Positions 37,798 to 46,794 of a stretch of DNA of 64,000 nt are shown one piece after another. Both the position numbers and the translations under genes were made by a program. The notes under the pieces are model-generated. The model searched no databases. It was not told the DNA's origin and saw nothing but the letters and a program-made list of their open reading frames with translations. Location of the stretch: NCBI GenBank assembly GCA_019651595.1, contig BOYQ01000004.1, positions 40,534-104,533 of the forward strand. The letters run 5' to 3'. Position 1 is the stretch's first letter. Every line of letters begins with the position of its first letter. The stretch comes from Candidatus Poseidoniales archaeon (GTDB taxonomy: Archaea; Thermoplasmatota; Poseidoniia; Poseidoniales; Poseidoniaceae).

Positions 37798-39456
37798 TCA
37801 GTTCATCACTTGGAGGACCACGACGAGGACCGCCGGTGGGCCGCCCTTCTTGGGACCGGGTGGACCACCGGGGCCACCTTTTTTGGGCCGCCGGAGGACC
37901 GCTCTTCGGACCGGGTGACCGCCAGGCCGCCTTCTTCGACCGCCGGGAGGGCCGCTCTTCTTCGGACCGGGTGGACCGCCAGGCCCGCCTTTCTTCGGAC
38001 CGCCGGGAGGACCGCTCTTCTTCGGACCGGGTGGACCGCCGGGTCCGCCTTTCTTTGGACCGGGAGGGCCGCCCTTCTTCGGGCCGGGAGGGCCGCTCTT
38101 CTTCGGACCGGGTGGACCGCCGGGAGGACCGCTCTTCTTCGGACCGCCGGGAGGACCGCTCTTCTTCGGACCGGGTGGACCGCCTGGGCCGCCTTTCTTC
38201 GGACCGCCGGGTGGACCGCCCTTCTTTGGACCGGGAGGGCCGCCCTTCTTCGGGCCGGGAGGGCTTCGCCGACCAGGCCCTGGAGGGCCGGAGCGAGCGG
38301 GGGCGGGCGTGGGTTCGTCCTCGGCATCATCGTCTTCAAACACAGCACCGCAGTGGGGGCATTCAGAATCGCTTTCCTTGACGAGTCCATCACAGATCTC
38401 GCAGGCGAACATGTCTTCATCCGATTCAGCCCCGAGTTTCTCCGTCGTGCCGTCCTTGGAACGGAACATGGTGATGGCGCATGACAGGTCGTAACCTTTC
38501 AGGGCTAATTCTGTTTGAATGGCTTGCTCAAAGGCTTGCGTGAGGTCTTCGGGTGAATCCAGCACCCGCCCGTCGTCGATGTAAGTGACGTTGACCATGA
38601 ACTGGTCGTCCTCGAGCTTGGTCTGAGGGGCCTCAACCGCCACGCCTCGCTTGCGAGCCACGCGACGAACGGCCACCTCTGAAATGCGACGCAGTAGAGC
38701 ATCGTTTGGTGCATCCTTTCCGGCCGGGTTCAGCGCTCCAGCCATGATCTCGGCTGCGGCATTACCGCCCTCTGCACCGGCACGAAGATGGGCAGGCAGT
38801 TCACCGCCGCCCAAGTTGGCAAGCACCGAGGAGGCCGGCGACTGATTCATGGAGAGCCACTGATTCCTGCGCTCATCTTTCACGGCGCGTTCAGCCTCCG
38901 CCAAGCGGTTGACCATCGCGTCGGTAGGAGAATTGGCGGGGTTGTGGGCGATTTTGGTCCCGCCAGCGGCCAGCGGGGACACGTTACCTGCGTTCGGTAG
39001 CGCACCGCTGGCGATGGACGGCCCACGCTGGAGATGAGGCATGTCGTTGCGAGGTGCACCCTGCATGTTGGGCATCACGTTGCCCTGTTGTGGAGGGAAC
39101 TGATTGGGTGGGAATTGGTTGGGCGGCATCCCACCTTGAAGCGGCTGTTGCGGGTAGGTCCCCGGCGGAAGGTTTTGCTGCTGGTGCAACCCCTGAGCCA
39201 TGCCCTGAAGCATGTCGGGTTGGACCTGGCCCATCTGTTGCATGTTGTTCTCCTGTTGCATGCGCTGGGCTTGGCCTGAAACCGGGTCAAAGGTTCGTTG
39301 CTGCTGTGGGAACGGTGGGATGTTTTGCGCCGGCGGCATGCCCTGAGTGGGCGGTGGAGCAAACCCACTCGAAGCCGAGACGTCCTGACGAGCACCGCAT
39401 TCCGTGCAGAACATGCTGTCCGCTGGAATTTGTGCGCCGCAGGAATTGCAGTTCAT
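37798..39456 (-). CDS. Zinc-ribbon protein with Q/P/M-rich low-complexity region, second zinc ribbon and C-terminal PGPKK(G/S) tandem repeats
   Basis: MNCNSCGAQIPADSMFCTECGARQD. Low-complexity ..QQQRTFDPVSGQAQRMQQENNMQQMGQVQPDMLQGMAQGLHQQQNLPPGTYPQQPLQGGMPPNQFPPNQFPPQQGN... Second ribbon CEICDGLVKESDSECPHCG. Then at least 13 copies of PGPKK(G/S)GPPG-type units. The stop lies 10 nt upstream of the helicase start. Confidence 0.7.
   Translation of the reverse strand: MNCNSCGAQIPADSMFCTECGARQDVSASSGFAPPPTQGMPPAQNIPPFPQQQRTFDPVSGQAQRMQQENNMQQMGQVQPDMLQGMAQGLHQQQNLPPGTYPQQPLQGGMPPNQFPPNQFPPQQGNVMPNMQGAPRNDMPHLQRGPSIASGALPNAGNVSPLAAGGTKIAHNPANSPTDAMVNRLAEAERAVKDERRNQWLSMNQSPASSVLANLGGGELPAHLRAGAEGGNAAAEIMAGALNPAGKDAPNDALLRRISEVAVRRVARKRGVAVEAPQTKLEDDQFMVNVTYIDDGRVLDSPEDLTQAFEQAIQTELALKGYDLSCAITMFRSKDGTTEKLGAESDEDMFACEICDGLVKESDSECPHCGAVFEDDDAEDEPTPAPARSGPPGPGRRSPPGPKKGGPPGPKKGGPPGGPKKGGPGGPPGPKKSGPPGGPKKSGPPGGPPGPKKSGPPGPKKGGPPGPKKGGPGGPPGPKKSGPPGGPKKGGPGGPPGPKKSGPPGGRRRRPGGHPVRRAVLRRPKKGGPGGPPGPKKGGPPAVLVVVLQVMN
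37830..38292 (-). repeat. Coding tandem repeat (~24-27 bp units, CTTCTTCGGACCGGGTGGACCGCC-like on the + strand) encoding (G)PPGPKK(G/S)
   Basis: Visible periodicity in the DNA and in all three translated frames (ORFs 37746..38381, 37806..38420, 37810..38484 are all repeat-derived). Confidence 0.85.
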
Positions 39457-39562
39457 GGCTCTCCCCTTCCAAATGTTGCTTAAGCCACCCTTCCTAAAGG
39501 GTTGCGACGAGTTGCCCATCCAACCTCACCTCCTGCGACGCTTTGGGTGATGGACAAGCGGC

Positions 39563-40648
39563 GTGTCATCCATATCTTCATGGCAAGGTCGAGGGTGGGG
39601 GGAACGGAGGGAGAGACGCTTGCCGGTTTTGGTCAATGAAAAAATCGATGCGCTGCTCGAAACAACCTCACGGTCGTTTTATCCGACGCTCAAGTACCTC
39701 CCCAAAAAAACACGAGGGCAAATCGGCTTGCTCTACCTCCTCGCCCGTGTGGCCGACACCATCGCCGATTCCAAAACAGGCGATACGGACATGCTGGTGA
39801 ACCACCTCCAGAACTACAACGAGGTGGTCCAAGGGCGTTCGGAAAACCTGCCTGATTTCTCTGCGCTGGCCGATCTCCAAACCAATGAACACGAGGCTGA
39901 ACTTCTCCGAAACGTACCGTTGGTGATCGAGGGCCTCGACACGTACGACAGCGATGACCAAGCCCGCATGCTCGAATGCCTTGAGATCATCGTCGGCGGT
40001 CAACTTCTGGACCTTGAGCGGTTCGGCCCCGCCAACGAAGGCGGTACCGTTTCTGCCCTCCCAACCGATGACGAACTGGACGACTACACCTTTCGCGTGG
40101 CGGGTTGCGTGGGTGTGTTTTGGACCAAAATGTCCCTGGCGCACCTCATGAAACTCTCCCCCGAAAACGAAGCCCTGTTCATGGAGCGAGGCATCCGGTT
40201 CGGTAAAGCATTGCAGATGATCAACATCCTTCGAGACATCCCCGAAGACCTGCGGTTTGGACGATGCTACATACCGGAGGCTGCGCTGAAGGAGATCGGC
40301 TTGAAACCCGAGGATTTGCTGGACGACGGGAACCTCGCCACCTTCCGCCCCCTCTACGACCGGTACCTCGACCTGACCAACGAACACCTCGAGGCCGCAA
40401 CGGAATACATCCGGATGATTCCCGAAACACAATTTCGCCTCAAAGCATCCTGCATGCTCCCCGTGTTGGTTGGCCAGCGCACGGTCACCCTGCTTCGAGA
40501 AGGCAACATTCTGAACTCCGGCGAGCGCATCAAAGTGACCCGGGATGAGATGAAAACCTATGCTCGCAAATTGTTGCGAGCCTTGCTGATTCCCGGTGGT
40601 GTTCGTCGACTCCTTGAAAAGAACAAAGATACGTCTTCGAATCTATAG
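39563..40648 (+). CDS. Squalene/phytoene synthase family protein (paralog 1)
   Basis: LLETTSRSFYPTLKYLPKKTRGQIGLLYLLARVADTIADS...YTFRVAGCVGVFW...ALQMINILRDIPEDLRFGRCYIP. The start is uncertain (GTG at 39563; no early ATG). Confidence 0.75.
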   Translation: MSSISSWQGRGWGERRERRLPVLVNEKIDALLETTSRSFYPTLKYLPKKTRGQIGLLYLLARVADTIADSKTGDTDMLVNHLQNYNEVVQGRSENLPDFSALADLQTNEHEAELLRNVPLVIEGLDTYDSDDQARMLECLEIIVGGQLLDLERFGPANEGGTVSALPTDDELDDYTFRVAGCVGVFWTKMSLAHLMKLSPENEALFMERGIRFGKALQMINILRDIPEDLRFGRCYIPEAALKEIGLKPEDLLDDGNLATFRPLYDRYLDLTNEHLEAATEYIRMIPETQFRLKASCMLPVLVGQRTVTLLREGNILNSGERIKVTRDEMKTYARKLLRALLIPGGVRRLLEKNKDTSSNL

Positions 40649-40758
40649 AATTATTTTTCCTTGTAGACATCTACTTACTTCAGTTCAAATCACGGGTTTG
40701 TATCGCACTCCCAAGGCGAGGGCTCTTAAACAAAGAAGGCGAGGGCCTACCGGTTAGG

Positions 40759-42058
40759 ATGCTGGAACGCCGCAAACCGCTCGACTTGCTGTTTCCTCTC
40801 AAAGGGAACGCGGCAAGCCGCACCGGCGAGGATGATGTTCGACCACCAACCACGCTTGATCGGCTTCGAGCCGGTGTCACCCTCGCACGTGATGCGGTCA
40901 AAGCCGTGAGCGTCACCGCCATGGAAGCCCTCCGCGAGGGTGCATCCTTCATCGGCATCGTCGGCGAAACCAACGAGCTCGTGGACCCGTTCGCCCACCT
41001 CGACGCACCCATCTGGTCCGAACAACCTCCCGCTGAACTTCACAAGCTTGCCTACCGCTACTGCGAAGAACTCACCATGCGCGAAGCCGGCAACTTCTAT
41101 CACTCGTTCAAGTACCTGCCCGAAGAGCAGCGGTTGGCCATGTGCGCCATCTACGCCTTCTGCCGCCGTGCCGATGACATCGCCGACGGTGATTGGGCAG
41201 ACCGCTTCCCCGGCGGTAAAGGCATGTTGGACCCCGAGGCCATGGAGTACCGAAACCAACTCGAATCGCTTCAGGACCAAGGCACCATCCTGGACGAGGA
41301 TGCTTACCTGAACAAGATCACGCAGCTGCTTTTTCTTCCGAAAGAAGCTCTCCACCTGCTACGGCGACGTTCACTCAACCGATCCCGTTTTCCTGGCCCT
41401 CAAGGACACCGTCCAGCGGTACAACATCCCACGCGACGTGTTTGACGACCTGATCTCTGGCATGGAGGACGACCTCTACAACAACCGGTACCGCACGTTT
41501 GACGAACTCTACGTGTACTGCTACCGTGTCGCCTCGGTGGTCGGGCTGATGTGCATCGAAGTCTACGGCTACGACAACCCCATGGCCCGAAAGTACGCCG
41601 AATCTTGGGGCATTTTCATGCAACTCACCAATGTCCTGCGAGACGTCGGCGAGGACATTCAGCGCGACCGCGTCTACCTCCCGTTGGATGAACTTGAACG
41701 CAACGGCATGACCGAAGAGGAACTCGGTGGAACCATCGTCCTCAACAAGCACTGGGAACCCTACTGCCGTCAATACGCCGCGCGTGCCCGAACCTACCTT
41801 GAAGAAGCCCGTGCACTGCTGCCACTCTTGCCTCGTCGAACCCGGTACTCACCGGCCGCCATGATCGCCTTCTACGACAAGATTTTGCGCCAGATTGAGA
41901 AACAGCAAGGCGACGTCTTCACCAAGCGCGTGAAGTTGAACAAGATCCAGAAGATCTCACTCGCCGCCGCCGTCTACCTACGCCACCGTTTCCTGCCTGC
42001 GTTCCTCGACCCCGTTTGGGCCGGCTTGGCCCGCGTGGGTTTGCTGCCCAGCGTTTGA
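40759..42058 (+). CDS. crtB: Phytoene synthase, one frameshift in T-run at 41330-41334
   Basis: YCEELTMREAGNFYHSFKYLPEEQRLAMCAIYAFCRRADDIADG. After ..NKITQLL the frame shifts to FFRKKLSTCYGDVHSTDPVFLALKDTVQRYNIPRDVFDDLISGMEDDL.., then YCYRVASVVGLMC...FMQLTNVLRDVGEDIQRDRVYLPLDEL. Confidence 0.85.
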
Positions 42059-42059
42059 T

Positions 42060-42584
42060 TTACTCCGGCCAGGCACGCTCGTCGTCCCACGTGTTCCACG
42101 CTGCGACCCAAGGTTGCATGAACGGTTCAATGGCAAGCCCCATGCCTTCAAGCACGTCCTTCGGATGAACAACCCCTTTTTTCCGGATACCGGCACGAAT
42201 CAACGCCACGGAGCAGGTACGCCCCGACTGCACCGTTCGCTGTTGAAAGTAGAAAAAGCGGTCGTCCATGCCGACCACATCGGTCACGATTTGCGTACGA
42301 CGCCACGGACGAAGCCGATGGCGGTATCGAATGGTCGACCCTGCGACCACGAAGGCGGAGCGGGTTTTTCGGACCCAGCGGAACAAACCGGTTCGCAGAG
42401 CAACATCGTAGCGAGCGAGGTCAAAGAGCACGAAGTGGCGACCGTTGTTGACTTCCGGGTAGACATCAAGGTCGGCCAGTCCAGGACGAAACGTCCAGAT
42501 GTAGGAGGTGGAGGGGTCGAAGACCTCACGCTTTCGAACGGCGTTTTTCAGAAACAACACGGCCAGCCGGAGGTAGGCGTACAT
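42060..42584 (-). CDS. Hotdog-fold acyl-CoA thioesterase-like protein
   Basis: FRPGLADLDVYPEVNNGRHFVLFDLARYDVALRTGL...VVAGSTIRYRHRLRPW...DDRFFYFQQ follows the 4HBT_2-like pattern. Confidence 0.6.
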   Translation of the reverse strand: MYAYLRLAVLFLKNAVRKREVFDPSTSYIWTFRPGLADLDVYPEVNNGRHFVLFDLARYDVALRTGLFRWVRKTRSAFVVAGSTIRYRHRLRPWRRTQIVTDVVGMDDRFFYFQQRTVQSGRTCSVALIRAGIRKKGVVHPKDVLEGMGLAIEPFMQPWVAAWNTWDDERAWPE

Positions 42585-42590
42585 CGTGCA

Positions 42591-43766
42591 TCATGCTTGG
42601 CGCGTGAAGGCCTGAATCCCGGTGATGTATCGGCCCAAAATCAGGTTGTGAATGTCGTGGGTTCCTTCGTAAGTTTTCACTGACTCGAGGTTGGCCATGT
42701 GGCGCATGACCGGGTATTCGTCCAGAATACCGTTGGCGCCGTGAATGTCTCGGGCCACACGAGCGATTTCGAGGGCGATGTCGACATTGTTCATCTTGGC
42801 CAGGGAGATCTGTTCAGGGAACCAGGTGCCGTCATCCTTCTTTTTGCCGAGGTGGTAAGCGAGCAGTTGGCCCTTCGTGATCTCACGCAACATCCACGCC
42901 AATTTGTTCTGCACGAGTTGGTAGGATGCGATGGGGTGGTCGAACTGGATACGAGAAAGAGCGTAGGTCTTGGCGCTGTGGAAGCACGCCATGGCCGAGC
43001 CGAGCGCACCCCAGGAAATACCGTAGCGAGCGTTGTTCAGGCAGGAGAACGGACCGCGAAGGCCTTTGACACCTGGCAGCATACGGTCCTTGGGAATCTT
43101 GCAGTCTTGGAACACCAATTCGCTGGTGACGCTGGCTTTCAGCGAGTGCTTTCCTTTCATTTCAGGTGCTGAATAGCCTTCATCACCTTTCTCAACGATG
43201 AAGCCACGGATGACGCCGTCCAACTTCGCCCAGACGACGGCCAAGTCGGCGATGGTCCCGTTGGTGATCCACATTTTGGCGCCGTTCAAGAGGTAGTGAT
43301 CGCCTTTGTCTTCGGCTTTGGTGACCATGTCACCGGGGTTTGAACCGTAGTCGGGCTCGGTCAGGCCGAAGCAGCCAATCCATTCGCCAGAGGCCATCTT
43401 TGGAAGGTACTTCTCCTTCTGTTCCTCGGTGCCGAAGTCCCAAATCGGGTACATGGCGAGGGACCCTTGAACGGAAGCAAACGAGCGCAGACCGCTGTCG
43501 CCTCGCTCCAATTCCTGACAGATAAGGCCGTAGGCAACGTAGGAAAGACCGGGACAACCGTAGCCTTTCAGGGGAGCGCCGAGCACACCCATTTCGCCGA
43601 GGGCCACGCGCCACTCGTCGAGGAAAACGCCTTCCTCGCATGCCTGCTCGATTTTGGGGATGACGGCTTCGTCAACCCACTCGCGAACCATGTCGCGAAC
43701 CATGATTTCTTCCTCGGTCAGCAGGCTTTCGATGTTGTAAAAGTCAAGACCCTCAAACGGCTCCAT
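42591..43766 (-). CDS. gcdH: Glutaryl-CoA dehydrogenase-like acyl-CoA dehydrogenase
   Basis: YGCPGLSYVAYGLICQELERGDSGLRSFASVQGSLAMYPI..GCFGLTEPDYGSNPGDM..NGAKMWITNG..LRGPFSCLNNARYGISWGALG..VKTYEGTHDIHNLILGRYITG. Confidence 0.88.
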   Translation of the reverse strand: MEPFEGLDFYNIESLLTEEEIMVRDMVREWVDEAVIPKIEQACEEGVFLDEWRVALGEMGVLGAPLKGYGCPGLSYVAYGLICQELERGDSGLRSFASVQGSLAMYPIWDFGTEEQKEKYLPKMASGEWIGCFGLTEPDYGSNPGDMVTKAEDKGDHYLLNGAKMWITNGTIADLAVVWAKLDGVIRGFIVEKGDEGYSAPEMKGKHSLKASVTSELVFQDCKIPKDRMLPGVKGLRGPFSCLNNARYGISWGALGSAMACFHSAKTYALSRIQFDHPIASYQLVQNKLAWMLREITKGQLLAYHLGKKKDDGTWFPEQISLAKMNNVDIALEIARVARDIHGANGILDEYPVMRHMANLESVKTYEGTHDIHNLILGRYITGIQAFTRQA

Positions 43767-43837
43767 GTCATCCCCCGTAACAAGGGCCACGCGGGTGCTT
43801 CATCAACATGTCCCCTCGGTTGATAGAAAGGGCGTGG

Positions 43838-45013
43838 TCATTTCTTCCCAAACCGCCATTCACGGTACTTTCGCTGCATCCACGGGCTGTTCATGTAGAC
43901 CAAACCGAGAATGACGCCTGGAACGGAAATCGCCACGGCGCCGAGCACCAAGACGTCCATGATGCTGGTCTCAATCACCTCAACGGCTGGATTAAACTCG
44001 ATGACGTTGCCAAAATCGGTGATGATGTACCCGTTATGTCGGGTGGTTTCCCAAACAACAGCGAGACCTCGGCCGGCCACCACCGCATCCCAAGCGGCCG
44101 CATCCTCGGGGAGAAGAACACTGAACGCCTCACCTGTCATGGGTGTGTAGCGAACCAAACCGAGCGGTGCAAGGTGAATCAAGCTCGTGCCGTCATCGCC
44201 TCGTCCGTCGCCAACGAACTCACCGCTGGGCAAGTCCCAAGGAACGCTGGCTTCAACGGTCGAGGAGCGGGCATCGAGCGTGTTGATGCGGACGACTTGG
44301 CTGACCAGACCGCTGGCAAAACCGACGCATTCGTTGAGGATGCCGCTGGCACAGTCCACGCCCACCCAAGTTTTGGAGGCGGTTTGAGGAAGCCAGGCGA
44401 TGCTGTGGCCTTCGTCGATCACGGCCATGCCCTCGTCCACCGAGGCGATGACGCAAACGTTGTAGTTTCGATGGCAGTCAACGTCCGTGACAGCGCTCTG
44501 CCCGTGGTTGTCGAGCTGTTCAAAACCGGTGTGCTCTGCGAATTTCCATACTTCCCCGGTCGAGGAGGCAACGTAGGCAAAATCGCCGCCGGGTCGCCAC
44601 TTGACCGCCGTGAGGTCGAACCCCAGCACGCTGAACGTACCGTTCACGTAAGTGATGCTGTGGTCGTACGTGTCGTAGCGCATCGCCATGCCGTCGTCCC
44701 CCACCAGCAACGCCGTGTTCCCACGGGGATGCCAAGCGATGTCGTGAACGGTGGAATTCCGCCCGGTCACCAACTCAACGTCGAGGGCACGGTTTCCGGC
44801 GTCATCGGCCGAAAGTAAACGCGCATAGCCGTTCATGCCCGCAACGAGGACGTCGCTGCCGTCCGGTGAGACTTCTCCGACGGTGATGCCGAGGTCGTTC
44901 TCACCCAAGGCGCCAGCGTCGGTCAACTCGATACGGCTGACCATTTCACCCGACGCCAGCGGCGTCAGCATCAGCAGAACGAGGCTCAAGGCCAGCCAAG
45001 CAGGACGTCGCAT
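43838..45013 (-). CDS. Secreted beta-propeller-like protein with C-terminal TM anchor
   Basis: Signal MRRPAWLALSLVLLMLTPLASG. Repeated ..V.DIAWHP.GN.ALLVGDDG.. and ..AVKWRPGGDFAYVASS.G.. blades. TM helix VLVLGAVAISVPGVILGLVYM. Confidence 0.6.
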   Translation of the reverse strand: MRRPAWLALSLVLLMLTPLASGEMVSRIELTDAGALGENDLGITVGEVSPDGSDVLVAGMNGYARLLSADDAGNRALDVELVTGRNSTVHDIAWHPRGNTALLVGDDGMAMRYDTYDHSITYVNGTFSVLGFDLTAVKWRPGGDFAYVASSTGEVWKFAEHTGFEQLDNHGQSAVTDVDCHRNYNVCVIASVDEGMAVIDEGHSIAWLPQTASKTWVGVDCASGILNECVGFASGLVSQVVRINTLDARSSTVEASVPWDLPSGEFVGDGRGDDGTSLIHLAPLGLVRYTPMTGEAFSVLLPEDAAAWDAVVAGRGLAVVWETTRHNGYIITDFGNVIEFNPAVEVIETSIMDVLVLGAVAISVPGVILGLVYMNSPWMQRKYREWRFGKK

Positions 45014-45114
45014 GGCAAACCCACCCAACCCGCCATCAAAACATCTCCCCTGCCGGGGTCTTTGACATCCCCTCCGGACGGTGGCCTTATGAGACGCAAA
45101 CCGGTGCGGTTGGC

Positions 45115-45639
45115 ATGGAGCGATTTGCAGTCAAGCGTGGCCTGATTAAATCCATGGGTGGAAACGCAGGACTGGCCAAACTGGCCACGTCCTATTTTGA
45201 CAACATCAACGTGAACGCAGAAGGCGTCTTTACCGGCTCGTACGGCTTGCTGGTCAGCGTCCAGGGCTCCTACGATGACGCTGGAAAACTGGCGGTGGAT
45301 GTTGTTCAACTCAAGGGCGCCGATTTGGCTGCTTTCCTCGACGGCGACGGCGGTCGTGAACAGGCCATGGAATCTCGAAAACGATGGTCCGGTTTCCTCG
45401 ATGAAGCCACCGGCTACACCGCCAAACAGCGCGGCGACAAGGCCAAAGAAGAAGCGAAGAAGTTCTCCAAGGCAAAATCGGCGATCAAGATGGCGCACAA
45501 ATCCATGGAGTTGATGAAGAACCTCGACCAGAGCACCATCGACCAAGCCAACCAGCTCATCGCCGACCTTGAGGCGATGATTGAAGCCGGCACGCCACCG
45601 TCCGAGACGCAGGTTAAGAAACTGGACAAGTTGTTCTGA
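45115..45639 (+). CDS. Conserved-looking hypothetical protein with Lys/Glu-rich helical C-terminus
   Basis: 174-aa ORF with ATG start, immediately upstream of tyrS. No motif recognised with confidence. Confidence 0.5.
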   Translation: MERFAVKRGLIKSMGGNAGLAKLATSYFDNINVNAEGVFTGSYGLLVSVQGSYDDAGKLAVDVVQLKGADLAAFLDGDGGREQAMESRKRWSGFLDEATGYTAKQRGDKAKEEAKKFSKAKSAIKMAHKSMELMKNLDQSTIDQANQLIADLEAMIEAGTPPSETQVKKLDKLF

Positions 45640-45648
45640 GGCACTTCC

Positions 45649-46794
45649 ATGGCGTCCAAGCAAGACATTCCGGCCTTGCTGTTGTCCAAGGAAGGTTACG
45701 ACCAACTGACCGATGAGGCGAGGCAACGCCTGCTCACCATGGTGGGTGAAGTGGAGGAGGTGGTCGGTGTTGAACACCTCATTCAGGCGCTTCACACCGG
45801 AACTTCTCACGGAGGCGACGGGGTGCTGCGGTGCTACGTTGGCTTTGAACCCAGTGGAAAAGCCCACATCGGCTGGAAAGTGTTGGCGTTGCAACTTCGC
45901 CGAATGCTCGATGCCAACGCCAACGTGATGGTGTTCCTGGCCGACTGGCACGCATGGGTCAACGACAAATTCAACGGCGACATGGAGGCCATTCAAACCA
46001 CGGCCGTGTACATGCAAGAAACTTTCAGAGCCCTGCTCGACCACCCTCCGGAAGGAACCGGGCCGGGAGAATTGCAATTCAAGTGGGCCTCGGAACTCAT
46101 GGAATCCAGCGACTATTGGGCCCGCGTGCTGCGGTGTTCGAAGGGTGCAACGCTAGCGATGGTTCGCAAAACGTTCACCATCATGGGTCGCGACGAAGCG
46201 TCGTCCGACCACGATCTGTCCAAATTCTACTACCCCGCCATGCAGGCTGCGGACATTTTCGAAATGGACATCGACATCGCCATTGGCGGCATGGACCAAC
46301 GAAAAGCCCACATGTTCATGCGGGACGTTGCCTCGAAATACGGCTGGGAGAAAGCAACGTGCCTTCACACACCCATCGTTTCCTCTCTGAAGGCCTCCGG
46401 TGCTCGGATGGAATCCTTCGATCATAAAATGTCCAAATCCGACCCGAACGGGGCCCTGCTGCTTCATGACACCCACGAACAGATACGGAAGAAGATGAAG
46501 AAGGCTTACATCTCCCCCGACGACCCTCAATCTCCGGTGTATGAACTGGCCGAGCACATCCTCCTCCCTGAATTTGGAGAAATCGTCGTGACGCCGAACC
46601 CGAAGTTCGGTGAACCAAGCACGTGGACGGACCTTGAAGCCTTCAGAAACGCCGTCATGGACGGTACGCTTCACCCGCTGGATGCGAAGTTTGGGGTCGC
46701 TGACGGGCTGTCAAAGGGGCTCGAATCCTTGGCAAACCATTTCGACGCCAACCCCGAGACCCTCGACCGTGTGACGGCGCTCATGAATCGCTGA
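45649..46794 (+). CDS. tyrS: Tyrosine--tRNA ligase (archaeal type)
   Basis: CYVGFEPSGKAHIGW (HIGH-like), YPAMQAADIF, GGMDQRKAHMFMRD, KMSKS. Confidence 0.85.
   Translation: MASKQDIPALLLSKEGYDQLTDEARQRLLTMVGEVEEVVGVEHLIQALHTGTSHGGDGVLRCYVGFEPSGKAHIGWKVLALQLRRMLDANANVMVFLADWHAWVNDKFNGDMEAIQTTAVYMQETFRALLDHPPEGTGPGELQFKWASELMESSDYWARVLRCSKGATLAMVRKTFTIMGRDEASSDHDLSKFYYPAMQAADIFEMDIDIAIGGMDQRKAHMFMRDVASKYGWEKATCLHTPIVSSLKASGARMESFDHKMSKSDPNGALLLHDTHEQIRKKMKKAYISPDDPQSPVYELAEHILLPEFGEIVVTPNPKFGEPSTWTDLEAFRNAVMDGTLHPLDAKFGVADGLSKGLESLANHFDANPETLDRVTALMNR

Noticed and set aside
37830-38292. Regular ~25-bp DNA periodicity, considered as a possible CRISPR array or satellite
   Set aside because: There are no unique spacers between units. 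The units are contiguous, in-frame and encode PGPKK(G/S) within a long ORF. It is a coding tandem repeat.
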